From: Kudoa neothunni | Lineage: Eukaryota > Animalia > Cnidaria | Assembly: GCA_964304625.1 (NCBI GenBank) | Contig: OZ199838.1 | Location: forward strand, 5,281,145 to 5,345,144 | DNA: 64,000 nt | Direction: 5' to 3' | Shown here: positions 51,087-64,000 of the stretch, in pieces | Layout: the number at the start of each line of letters is the position of its first letter | Position numbering within the stretch: position 1 is the stretch's first letter | Translations under genes and position numbers: made by a program | The notes under the pieces: generated by a model | The model's input: the letters and a program-made list of their open reading frames with translations, nothing else | The model's database searches: none | What the model was told of the DNA's origin: nothing

Positions 51087-52437
51087 TTGGGCACGACCTG
51101 AACTTATACTTTAGTCAAGCTTTTGATATGTGGTACATTTAATAAATATAGGAAGATGGCGTAAATTTCAATTTTCTATGAGAAGGTTGTAAAATTTTTA
51201 ATTTGATTGAGATAATTCAATGTAAAAAATAAAATAGTCTTTGAATGATCCTGGGGTCGATTTTTGCAAATTTATTGAAGTATGAGTCTACTATAAATTA
51301 TTATTAAATAGTACAGTTGATTGTAATAATTTTTAAGTTCGAACTTTGAAGTAAACTCTTATCATTTATGTATCCAAATTCTATTTAATGAACGCCAAAT
51401 ATAGTAATTTTGTTAAATTTGATATGCTAAAACAATTTTTTGTATAAATTCAAAAGTTAAACGAAAATTAATACAATTTCTAGTTATAATGGTGTCGCAA
51501 ATAGAGACGTTAAATTAACAAACAATAGATAAATGGTAAATTCTGAGTATAATGAAAGTTAGTAAATCTGAATTAATCATTATTTTTACTAAAATTTTTA
51601 ATATTATTTATTCTCAGATAATTAAGCTCTTACTGTCTTGAGGTTTCCATCGATGGTAGTTGCCGAGGGGCATTTCCAAGATGTTAAGGTATCAATAAAT
51701 AATCATAGACTACCTTCATACTACAAATATCAATAGTTAACGCTCCTTTTTCTATGATATAAAAATTAAATTATTTTCGTGTTTATTTGTTATATTAATT
51801 CTATAATTAGTAGATCAAAGCCCACCACAAACCACCGGGGTAACATTGGGGCTTAAGTTCTGAAGATTTTGTGTTATTAATTTATTCAAACCTAATTAGA
51901 ACATTCGCTGTGAAAAAGTTTTGAGTAATATTAAATGCTCCCAAGGTTAATCTCATTATAATCCCATACGTGTAATTTCGTACAATATTCGTAGGTCATC
52001 GCTCACGCTAGTAAAGAATAAACTGTTTCATTTTACAAAAAATGAATTTTATTTATTGGTCGGAAAATTTAATGCCAAAATCTTACTATATGGCAAACTG
52101 AAAAGACAGAGGATTCATTGCTATAAAAATATTTGAATGTTATAATCCAACCGAATTTGTTTATGTATCGGTCTTTGAATCTTTAGTTCGATGTAAAAAT
52201 TTTTCATGAATAATATTTTAACGAGAAATGGCCAATAATTAAAAATTCACTTGAACGAATGGATGAATGAATAACAATTGCTTTATTGGTCTGGTGCATT
52301 TTCATATTAACGCTGATGTTGTGAGTTGTATTCTGATGGTCTTTTCTTTTGGATAAAGTTGAGTAATTATCGAATTATGATTTGTTCTTGGTTGCATGAG
52401 AAAATAAAATACAACTGGCTACAATTTTTGTTATAAA

Positions 52438-54073
52438 TAGGGACTGCATTTTTCGAGGTCTATTTTTTTCGGCGGCAATTTGATTGTACTCGTTTAGTTT
52501 TGGAACTGTTGAAATGGGAAGAAAGCGCAGATAAATCGATAGCTTTTTGAATGAATGGAGCGATTTAGAAAAAGCGGATGACTCGTTAACATGAAAATAT
52601 TGCAAAATAAAAATTCCACTTCAGAAAAACTTATATCGACGAAATCATTTTTTGAGAAATCTTCCTCTCTACCAAATATATTTTATAGAGATAAGGCAAA
52701 CAATGATCTTAAGATGGATTTAGTGTCTATTGTTGCCTTTGGTGGACTTGCATTGTCATTACTTGACAGGGAACACACGCTACGTAAATTCCTACCAAAA
52801 TATCGTTGGCTGTCTCGATCCTTGCCAGACAGTCGTTCATTGATAAAAAAGTACTTACCTATCTTGATTGAGCAGAATATTACTGCGATGAAGACGATTT
52901 TCCCCTATTATTGAAGATACGCCTGACTTTAAAAACAGGCCCTTGCTTAATATTTTGATATACTTTGTTAATACAATACTCAAAGAAAGAAGAATAATTA
53001 TGCTTGATTCTAAAATACTTAATGAATGTAAAGCTATAATAATTGCAAATGAAGCATCTGAATCATTACGTACGCATGAAATTAGCTGGGAAAATTGCAT
53101 GGCCATCGTATCGGATTCTTCGCCTTACATGAAGAAATATTTCAAAGGTGTATCGCTCATATATAACCATTATGTCCAAATACCTTGTTTTTCTCACTTA
53201 ATTCACTGTGCAGTAATAAAAATGATTGATTCAATTTTCCCAGCTGTAAAACAGTTGCTACTAGAATCTAAATATAATTGTATTTCAAAGTTCACCGCAA
53301 TGTTCGATCTGTCTTCCGCCTCGTTAGATAATATGTTGATTTATTTTAGACTTGTTGTTAAATCTCTTTCTCTATTATATGATTTCTCCCGTGGAGTCGA
53401 ATCAAACAGTTCTTTCGACGTCTCACACCTCTACGACTGGATGAGTTCAAGTTACAATTTAAACCAAGATGACGTACTAACAGTTGATAGCAATATTCTA
53501 TCATCTCCTCCTTTTGACAAAAAAGAGGAAATTATTGACAAAATGACAGAATTTCATAAATTTCTTGTTGAAAAACTTACAAATACAGTTCAAAAACAAA
53601 TTGAAGGCTGTTCCCCATCGAGTAGCTTTCCTACTTCAATGGACCCTATCAACTTCTCTATAATAAGCAACATTAACAACGTGAACATAAAAGATAGTGT
53701 GCCATTTGTTACCGCCAATAAAAAGGACGGATTACAAAATGAATGCGAATCATTATCTTATTTAAATAAAAATGATTTGATGGGCCGAGATTTGTCATCA
53801 ATTCCATCACCATCCATATCAGTTGAGAGAAGCTTCTCCAAATTAAAGCACGTATTCACTCGTGATAGAACAGACCTATTTATTGAAATATGTAGAATTC
53901 TTGCATTTATACATTCTAATGGTAGATTAAAAACGCAAAGTTAATTAATCATATATTTTGGAATTTAAAAATTGTTGTATTTTCCTTCATTTGCGTGTGC
54001 GCGAAGATGTGGAATAACGTCGATTTAAATCATCGAACGCTTCTAAAATAAACGTCTAAAAATACAGTTTCTA
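52438..54073 (+). mobile_element. Decayed hAT transposon, same family as 8970-10944
   Basis: Termini TAGGGACTGCATTT / AAATACAGTTTCTA; TSD GTTATAAA / GTTAAAAA (7/8). Remnants MGRKRR, EWSDLE, MDLVSIV, IVSDSSPYM, PCFSHLIH, SISVERSFSKL. Internal deletions remove the RW region. Confidence 0.88.
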
Positions 54074-57000
54074 GTTAAAAACAACATTAAAATTGATAAG
54101 ATTTAATTTTATCATCGATAAAACTCCTAAAAACAAATAAAATTCTAATATCATTGCGAGCCATCCCGGAAATATGAGGGATTTAATTTTTGAGATTGAC
54201 GAAATTGTTAAAAGATATATAAAATAATTGTTATAAATATACAATAATAATTTTAAATTCATTTTACGTATTATTTTCTGTTGAATAAAAAATATAGGAG
54301 CTGTATATCTCAATTAATTTTAGGTAACTTCCAACAATCTTTTTATAATTATTTGACTCAAATATGTTAAATTTTAAAAATCATAATTTTAGACGGAATG
54401 GTTGCTTTTTAAATGGAATTTAGATTTTTCTAGAAGCATTAATACCGGTCAGGGAGACAACACGAAATCGTGTTAACTTGTCATTTACTAATACATTTTA
54501 AATATTCGCGAATACATTCGCATATTTTTGCCACCTTTCTTATTCAAGCCAGATTTCAGAATTAAAAAGCTCAATCGTTTTAATTAACATGGATAGCTTA
54601 AAACTAAGTTTTTGTTAAAATCTGTGAAGGAGAAATCTAAAATTATTTTAAAAAATTTACCGAAACCAATACGATACTCAAATAACTAATACAATAAAGT
54701 ATTAATCAATATAAAATAAACTTCCTTGTATCCGGGAGCGATACTTTCGTGAGTTATTGCAGTTAATGGAAAATGCCACAAAATTTCGATTTCAATGGTA
54801 AAATTTTATAGTCTGAAGTAATCGTGAGGTTGATCCGCTGGGATTAGCAATAACATACGTCATCGTGCGGAATCTGAATGTTGTGTGGAAACATTATTTA
54901 AACCAACGATTTCTATCAAAGCTATGTATTTTTTATTGTTATTTCTCTTCTTATTTGTAAAATCGTTAAAGTCTTAGATAGTAAATTAGAAAAGTAATAA
55001 AGGAAGCATTTTTTGCATGATACATGAGAATAGGCAATTTTATGTGAAAATAATAATTTTATTCGTCAAAGAGCTGGCAGATTTACAAGTCTTGGAATAA
55101 TTAGTCATGTTTTATTTTATATATACTTTATTTATCGTATTCTTATCGCAAAACTGGAAAAGCTTCAAAAACAATTTTCTGTCATTGATATATCCTACAT
55201 TACACCATGATAGAATTTAAATTTTACAAATGTAATTTAACATTTATTAAAAGTAAAGTTTTATTTAGTTTATAAATTTTTTCAAGATTGAATTTTGCAC
55301 AATTTAAGAAATTCTACACAATTTATAAATAAGATTCACCTCCTTCATTTACGAATAATTTTACTTTACTTTTTATAATTAACAAATTTAAATATTACCC
55401 ACAAAATTTCTACAAGAAAAATGACATGTAAACATTGATTCATATTGAATGCACTAATTTAGAGTATATTATTTTAAAGTGTCATCGAATAAAATATCAA
55501 TCTTAAATATGTGTGACCGAGGGAGAAAAAATAATTTTTTATCACATACCGTGTGACATTTATAGCATGCATGATGCACCATGAATGCTAGTCGACTGCT
55601 AAATTCCTTATTACAATAATCCAGTTAGAAGTCACAAGATTAAGAATTTTTAATCAGAAAAATATATTAAAGAATGAAAAATCAAATAATTTGGGGGAAG
55701 TTTGTTAATTCATATTTTTAATGTTAATTTTAATTTTTTCAAAATATTACAGAGGATAACAATGGGTTTACCGTCTTACTAATTTATACAAGATTTTCGT
55801 TACGAACTTAAACACTCTGCGGCAATTCGATTTATATCACTTTTTACGAACGTTTTTACAATGGAAAAATTTCAGCATATTGATTTTAGTTTGAATTAGT
55901 TTTATGCCGCATATTAAATTTTTGAATTGGAATAAAATACTGCAATTCTCAGAGTGAAGCACATTAAATGGTTAAAGACTACATAGACTCGATGAAATTT
56001 GATTTTTTAGATGAGACCTCCATTTGAGTATATAAAGGAAAATTATTAATTAATAAAGAATTATCAGACATTTCGTTAATTTAATACACGTTGAGGAGGC
56101 AGAACCACACAATTGCAAAAATTATTTAATCCGTTAATTCTAATGTTTAAATCTTAATACCTATTGGTAGATAATATAATAACATAATTTTTGTTCAATT
56201 AAAAAATTGGAAAACACGACTACTAACAAAGTTAAAATATGAATAATAAAAAAATAAAACTATCTATTTCTTACTGCATATAAATTAGAGCATGCGTAAT
56301 CCGGCCTGCACAAAACAACTTTTATTTTGGGGTTGATCAAAATATTTTACATACCTCAGCCAGATTAAAAATGAATGATTTTTTAGATTGTAGTATTCAT
56401 AATTTATTTGTGACATTTGCTCTTAATTCCGCAATACTAATCCTAAATGGGGCGCATGAGCGCGCAATTCTGACCTAATCGCAAACTGTAGATGTTAATA
56501 ATTACTAGTCGCCTTTTATTGAAAGTCTATTTAATTTGTTTTTCTTCTTGCTCTTAAGAAGGTGAAATCTGTCGATTTCAGTTAAATTAGTTTAACTGGA
56601 TTAAGGTCATTTGTTCAAGCCTAGACACTCCTTTTAATAAATATTGGAGATTATATTTTGAGATCATAGCAACTGAGTATTAAAGCCAATGTTAATATGA
56701 TGTGACTGATGTAGTTTTCAGCAATCATTAATCTTAAAATCATCACTTATGCCAAACTTATTAAACCCCAAGTTAACTTCAAAGTAGTCAGGTCTGAGTC
56801 AATCAAATTAGAATAAATTTTTTTGAGTAAAAAAAAATTCTCCTTTAATTAAAAGGTCTTAATTATTAAAATTAAAAATTTGTATACACTCGGTTATTGG
56901 GTTTGTTGTCTCAACTATTAAATGTATTGATGAACATATAAAGCATCAAATAATGACCAAAAAAGGACTTACTACCTGGACTGAAAGTTACGATGGATGT

Positions 57001-57329
57001 TTATATAGATGTCGGGGCAATATCTATGACAAAATCCGAAAAATTTTGCAAGTTTGATTACTGTTTAAAAAGGGAATTAAACCAAAATAATAGCTGGCAA
57101 TTTTAATCGAGTTATGTGAAATTGTTTTATCGTAGCTATCCATTTTGATCATCATCAACAATACTATCGTATTCATCAACAACCCCACATATTTATCTTC
57201 ATGATATACATTACATTGTCAAATTAACTTAAGCTATCTCTATTAAGATTCATTTGTATCTATTAAAGAAGGTGCCAATCGGATTATATGAATAATTAAT
57301 ACAAAGATATGTCATTAGCAAGAATTAGT

Positions 57330-58063
57330 GACGACTTTGAATGTTGCGAGAATGGGGGTGTTGACAATAGAATAGGATTCTGTCACATTGTGCTCAATAG
57401 TTGGCACCAATTTAAAATCTAAACAAAAGTCTATAGAGATTTGGAAGCCAATCCGATTTCAATAATATTCCTCAAGGAATATATTAATTTAAGTAGATAT
57501 AACTAGGTTGTGTATTATTGTTGAGTGAGTTATTGTGGGAGATAGACTATTTTGAGATTTGGGCCAAAATGCAGTGTTATTGTTAGTAGATAATTATTTG
57601 ATGAAAGTAATACGGTTGTTGTTTGTGCTAAATTCAAACATAGCCTAAATGGATAATATCTCACAGCGAATAATCCTTCACTAACAATTGATAATTTTAA
57701 AATATTCGTTTAAAAATTAATTGAAAAAATCGTGATTGTCAAACCTGTCTAGGTTGTACAAAATCGAATGGTTGGTGATATTAATTTAATGATTAGTTTG
57801 TTATTGTAGCAATGTGTCACAGGGTTATATGAAGTTAATTCTCTTGATGATTATAGACCAAATAATCCATATAGATAATAGGGCTATAGTTGTTAGTTGG
57901 TGTGATATACACATCGAAGTTGTGAATAAAATTCAAGTATTAAGTTTTTGGTAATGTGGTAGGTATAGTTGGTGGTTTCGCAGCAATAGTTCTACACACT
58001 GAATACGTTGATTCAGTGTTGTATCTGTAGATTGAAGCTGCTGACACTGAGGAAATATTTCAT
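57330..58063 (-). mobile_element. Possible decayed non-LTR retrotransposon endonuclease fragment
   Basis: Begins MKYFLSVSSFNLQ (APE domain I-like); later THSTIIHNLVIS and SDWLP resemble the IDH and SDHLP motifs. Many stops. Confidence 0.4.
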
Positions 58064-58209
58064 TTACACATATTTCTATACTGATTAAAACCTAACCTCT
58101 TTCAACTTTTCACCACCCACAATCAACCAATTATTACATGTTATTATATGTGTGATTCGACTAACAACCATTTCGAATAGATATATCGTTTAACTAGGCA
58201 ACAGAAAAA

Positions 58210-58845
58210 TTGCCTACCAAACACAAATCAATTATGTATTACATTGATACAACCATATTCAACAAAACCAAACATGAATATATCCATCATTATAAATATT
58301 TAAAAAAAGGTCTGGAGATCGCCACTACTACCAGTTTACCGCTGAAAATTGGGCAATTTTGTTATGTGAAAATCAAAGGTATTGAAACACTCTACATAGT
58401 GCAAATTCAAAAAATCCTGTCCCAATCCCAATCCTCTAAAGAATATGGATGTAAAAATCATCAAAAATTGGTCATCCAAAAAAAGCAACAAAAAAATGAA
58501 CCAACAATTCCTAAGCGACCCCGAAAAAAAATTACAAACCAACCCAAATTCACCTACACAACATCTAGTGGAAGGGTGGTCGCTTCTAGGAGCTATTCTT
58601 CCCTCATTTTAACTGACGATGATCCGCAACCATCTCCTTCTATCATCAACAAAAATAAAACAATTCTCTTGGAGCATCATGAAAAATTGAAAAATCATGG
58701 AAAGAAATTTGAGAAACTTTTCTCCAACAATAATCTCTACTTACTCAAACTACTCATACGAAAGCAACAACTATGTGTCCAACCAACCAAAAGAAGACTT
58801 GAACATGTGTCTCAGGTAATCCTGTTATTATTTAATATTTATTAG
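58210..58845 (+). CDS. 211-codon basic ORF of unknown function, probably retroelement-derived
   Basis: Long open frame in very AT-rich DNA; contains YTTSSGRVV and PKRPRKK. First ATG at ~58234. Confidence 0.4.
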   Translation: MPTKHKSIMYYIDTTIFNKTKHEYIHHYKYLKKGLEIATTTSLPLKIGQFCYVKIKGIETLYIVQIQKILSQSQSSKEYGCKNHQKLVIQKKQQKNEPTIPKRPRKKITNQPKFTYTTSSGRVVASRSYSSLILTDDDPQPSPSIINKNKTILLEHHEKLKNHGKKFEKLFSNNNLYLLKLLIRKQQLCVQPTKRRLEHVSQVILLLFNIY

Positions 58846-61800
58846 AAAAATATTTTTGATTAAATAAATTTATTTTTATGGAATATTAATTCAAAAATTC
58901 AGGAATTAATGTAAAATATTCGTTCACGTAATATACTTTACTGCCTAAAAAGAGGTTAGTTTTAACCTTTGTTAAACTCCAACTCAGTCTTATATCTAAG
59001 TCTTTTTAATTGTTAAATACTTGTTATTTAGTTCTTTTGAATTAATTCTGATTATAATTTAAACAAAAAAATTTTAGAGGGAGATTATTAAAACTATTTA
59101 TTGTTCTTTATAATTTCTATTATGATATTTATTATTAAAGTCTTAATTTATAAGATTTCTATTAAATTCTTATATAAAAGTAGGAAATTTTTAAATTTTT
59201 AAAACAATATTAGCGGTAATAAAACTTTGATTACAATACATTATTGATTCTCTAAAAAAACATTTCCAACCATCGGAGATGAGCAGTGATGAGAGATGGA
59301 TAAATTTATTTAAAATCTAATGAAATGCTAGGGCAATTTTGGCCCTTCTTCTTTGTCATTATTTCTATGCTTTTTCTAGATTTTGAATAGCATTTATGCA
59401 GCTTAGGTTTGGTTTCGGGAAACTATCTTCAGTTGGTACCAAGATGGAAATAATTTAATCTCTGCGTAGCCGTTGAATTTATTAATTGCAAGTGGACTTT
59501 ATTTTAATTAAATTTCTAATAAAAACAATAATACATTACGCCCCTATGCCATACAATCGTTTGTTGAATAAACTTACATTAATCCTCCTCGTCATCGTTC
59601 GACGCAGCGTTGCCAACCGCGTCCGATTTCGGATAAATCAGCTCAAAATTGTCCGATTTTTATTCTTGTCTGTAGAAAGACTGAATAATCGCAAAATAAT
59701 GTTTTAAAGGCGGAAACTTACTATAAATTCACAAAAAATGGAATTTAGTCGTTGTTGATTTCATTACGATAAATTTTCTAGTAGATAATGTTATACACGG
59801 AACAAAGCTTTATTTCAAATTAAAATGCCTGCGATAAAAGTTAACCAAAGGGAAGTTACAATTATACATTGTAATAATTCTTAAAACCCGCATAGTACAA
59901 AATTTTGAGGCCAAAAAACATGCCAACAATTTATGAAAAGAATCACATTTTTAAAGGTTATGCTCCTGTTAAGATCAACATTTTGGATTTTTTTATCATT
60001 ATTATTGATATGCCAGTCTTTTCGTGATCCATGATCATAAACCATTTGGAAATTATCACGAAGCATTTTTTGTGTTGGAATTCTGAATGCTTGAATTTTA
60101 AAAAGACTACGATGTTGGTGATATCCAATGTCAAGTTATCATTAAAAGCGTTTGTTACCAAATTTCAAGGAGATTCTAATTTTAGTTAAAACCTAAATAA
60201 ATTAATATTTAACTAAATATTATCTACTTGACTAATTTTCCCTAATTTTAATGAATGAATAGTCGTACATAAAAATATAACCTCATCTAGGCATAGTTGT
60301 TACGTTTTATTCAAAAATCGAACGAAAGACTGTATACAATTGTTTGTAATTAAAAGAACTGAACAAACTCAAAAACAAAATTTGTTCATTAAATTATCAG
60401 TAATCGCCTTTTTGAGCATTGTTTAACGGTAAAATAATTTTACTTCCATCTGAAAATATAGCACATCTTTACTTTAAATAACTCTGGTTAACGCTTTTCC
60501 GGAAAGAATATTTTCTTTTCTGGAAATATCGAAAATATCGGAAGAAAAAGAATCTTGTGCTGCATATTAGATGATCTTGTTCGAATGAGGACATTTTTCA
60601 ACACATCGACTAAATGATGATATAAATTTAAAGTTTCTATCATTTATTTCTTTACAAATATTTTGGTTATATAAGATAATTTCACATAAGTTGAGCAATT
60701 ATTATTATTATAAAAGATATTTTTATAATAATATGTATTTTAATGGATACAGTCTCTTTAAAAGAACATGCAATGATTCACAGTTCTCTCATCATATAAA
60801 ATATTAACTTTATTTTCTAAAAGTATTGAATAAATATTCTTTAATTATTAAGCCAAAATAATTTTCTCCATATAATAGTTGATATTAAATTTATAAATTT
60901 AACCAAAAAATTACATTACAATATATTAAAAATTCCAAACAATAATTGGGCTATACATAATGAAGACAGCAGAAAAATAAAATCATCTCTAGATAACATT
61001 TCGTACATTCATTCATTAAGAATTATCGTGTCCAATTTCAGGAACGAGCATGTTAAATATAATATTACTTATTCATTACATCATTGCGATAAAAAAACCC
61101 CATCTAAAAAAACGTACCTCGGTCAATTTAATCAACTTTAATAGCTTCTTTCTCGTGTGATAAGCTATTCGACAAACAAATAAAAGGTGATAAATTTTTA
61201 CAAATCCAATTTCTTTATTACTTTTTTCCTAGGTATATCGTATGTCATTATGTTAATTTTTACGAAAGAATTAACTTCGGATAATCTTTTAAATTTATAT
61301 AATCGGTAAAAAACGATATTTTAAGAAAATATTTTTCATCTTTGTTGTCTATTATTTAGTTTTATTATTATTCGCTTTGAATGTTATCTCATATTATTTT
61401 CGTACATCTTTCACATTATTTTGAGCTAAAGTATATGTATCAATAGAACTGTGTTCAATTTTTTAACGAAACACTAAGAAAAAAATTACGTTAATAATGT
61501 GAATGATCGTATAATTGTCCTTGGTCCCATCGAGAGTAGCGATGATTCGGATAAAATTTACCATAACATATTCAAAGGTAGCAATTGTATCTGCAACTTG
61601 TAATGAGATGTTGCGTGAATTAAAAGTTTATCAGTGCATATAACATTTAAGATTAAAGTTAACACGATCAAATAACAATCTTTTTGATATTATTTGTAGT
61701 GACCCTGCTTGATTTTTGCTGCGCTTTATAAATAGTTCGAATTTTAAGAAAAGGGATAAATCATTTAAGTATGCTTATTAAGTATCACTAAAAATAGTTA

Positions 61801-62214
61801 GGTGAGTGCAACTATTTCTTTAGATTTGGAATTTTTTATAAATTTCCATTTCAGACGCCCAAAATAACATAAAAAATTGGAACTAAATAATTTAGACAGA
61901 CACGATATAATACCTACTTGATAATATGGAATTAACAAATTTGTTTAATACCAGTTTTTGAAAGTTGTTGAATTTCTTTCATATACATTAATTATCAACT
62001 TTTTTTAATAATTATAAAAGATTTTCCACCGTTAATCATCTTGTATTAAGTTTTTGAATGTATTAGTAGTAGAAAAATTATGATTGGAATACATTCTAAT
62101 AACTGATGGAAATTTAGGAGATTCTTTTTCATTTATTATGTTTGTGTATTTTTCTCAAATTTTAATATGTCACTAAAAATAACACATGAGTACGTTTAAC
62201 GCACTAGCGTAGAA

Positions 62215-62892
62215 CAGTGTTCCCAACGTGGGGCGCGGAAATATTTTGGAGGGGCATGGAAATTTTTGAAGGTTTAATAAACCGCTCTGGTGGGATGCGG
62301 AAAATCCTAAGCTTTGGTGTGTCACGGATAATAATGAGATAATTGGGCAGTATGACGTACATTGAATTCAATATCGCTTATTTATAAGTGGAAATTAATA
62401 TCATGGAACATAAAAAAAGCAACGACTATTGCTATTGTGTGGAAATTAATAAAAAAATTTAGCGTGTCCTTCACCCGAATGGAATGGAAATGGTTTGAAT
62501 CTCGATATTGTCTCATTTAGAATCGTATATCCTCCTTTTGATTTAACCCAATATAATATTGATTAATTTTCAATATTGACAATTTATTTTTAGTTTAAAA
62601 ACCTCTTATACACAAAAGTCTTTCCTAGTGAAGATTGAATTATCCCAAGTTTCACTTGATGCTGTCTTCGACGGACTGAACAACTAAATATGTTAATTTT
62701 TGAGGTCCATCGATAAATTAAGTTATATCTTGCCGAACACATTTTAATTTTAATGAGAAAAGAAATATAAATTAATTACTTTCAAATCTTGATATGACAG
62801 AGAGCAAATATTCAAAGTTATGAACAATTTAAGTTAAAAAATTAATACTTTTTAAAAAGTTGGGCGCGATAGAAAAAAGGTTGGGAACATTG
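62215..62892. mobile_element. Non-autonomous Buster/Charlie-type hAT element
   Basis: TIRs CAGTGTTCCCAAC / GTTGGGAACATTG; perfect 8-bp TSD GCGTAGAA at 62207-62214 and 62893-62900. Confidence 0.92.
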
Positions 62893-63038
62893 GCGTAGAA
62901 GTTTCTTGTTGAATTAAACTCTACTAGAGATAGGGGACATTCAACGTTTATTAATGAGATAAAAGCGAAATAAATATTCCATAATTAACATAGAAAATTG
63001 ATGAATAATTTTATTTCGTAAACAACGATATTTTTTAG

Positions 63039-63781
63039 AATGAATTATTGGAATCAAACTCTCATTTGATGGTGCCTGAAAATATGCTCATAATGTGGAT
63101 GATAGATTCGCTAACCAATAACAATGAACATTTGGATGCTGTCTCTCAGTTAACTACATTTGCAGAGATATGTTCTTATATCACGAACAAAATCAGCAGA
63201 TACATCCTTATTTTGACTCCATATATTTTCACGAAATATTATTCGAGCTATTTGGCCGCTATTAACAGCAGAAAATGTCAGGTTCATAGCGTGATTCCGT
63301 CACTATTTGACAACGATACCAATAATCAAATAAGTATGTTGTTTCTTGATATTTTTTTAAATTTACTCCTAATCGGTAGAAAAATTTGATAGTTTTGAGA
63401 ATTATTTAAAGATCGGGACAAAAAAAACATTAAGGAAAACATTTCATCAATTTCTCCTGTTGGACACCATAAAATTATACAGAATTATTCGAGATCCATT
63501 TTTGGGTAATGTTTTAATCCTGTATTTTTGCCATTCGGTTGTTTGTAATTAACACTTATTATATCGAGTCATAGTCTATCCATGTATAAGCACGTATATA
63601 ACCGACATTTTAGTTACGAATACAATCCCTATTTCTTTATCTGATTTAAACCAACTTCCAAAAATCAATAGCGCTTATGTGGTTGGATTTTGTCGTAATA
63701 CGTTCGCTATGAATGGGCTATTAAACCCTAAAAATTGGAAAAGCAATCCTTTCCATGTGGATAAAGAAGTCGATTTTCAAG
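63039..63781 (+). CDS. Internal exons of an unidentified multi-exon gene (likely continues beyond the window)
   Basis: Three AG/GT-bounded open segments (~63039-63280, 63412-63505, 63614-63781) can be joined in compatible phases. No family recognised. Confidence 0.4.
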
Positions 63782-64000
63782 GTATATTTTTTTTGCAATA
63801 TCGTACTTTCCTTAATGTATATTTTCGTTTTATTCCACCCAATGGTGTTTGTTAATATTTATTACTTTGAAGCTTAATTTTAGTGTTTTGCTGAATCAAT
63901 TAGATGTTGATATTTTTTGTATAATCGAAATAAAAAATATATATTGTTTTCATAGCCATTGTTAACAGCATATATCAATCACCTGATTAAATATAACGTG

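Noticed and set aside
1-64000. CRISPR arrays, rRNA, operons or prokaryotic defence systems
   Set aside because: No regularly spaced repeats or prokaryotic gene organisation; the window is eukaryotic.

Overview
AT-rich eukaryotic (metazoan-type) genomic DNA with short spliceosomal introns, mostly ~35-65 nt. Genes sit in very tight clusters separated by fields of decayed transposons. The proteins are divergent and suggest a fast-evolving, possibly parasitic animal such as a myxozoan; this is inference only. Host genes recognised: ABT1/ESF2, BLOC1S6 (pallidin), a WDR53-like WD40 gene, an SLC7A1-4-type cationic amino acid transporter, GPATCH11, a five-exon MRPL52-like gene absent from the ORF track, NOB1, a beta-tubulin, ATG16L1, PRPF4, SMARCAL1 and part of an unknown multi-exon gene at the right end. 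Mobile DNA: pogo/Tigger, Merlin (ISXO2-type), several hAT families, piggyBac, MITEs, a tRNA-derived SINE and weaker LINE and SWIM/Ulp1 remnants. Most notable observations: (1) two unrelated DNA transposons carry host-sized introns inside their transposase genes; (2) a PGBD3-like piggyBac lies sense-oriented in a beta-tubulin intron with an in-frame splice acceptor, like the CSB-PGBD3 exon trap; (3) that tubulin lacks the acidic tail and has four clustered +1 insertions; (4) splice-site consensus is very relaxed; (5) neighbouring genes are only 12-325 bp apart. No prokaryotic systems or CRISPR arrays were seen, and I cannot support a wholly new multi-gene system from sequence alone.
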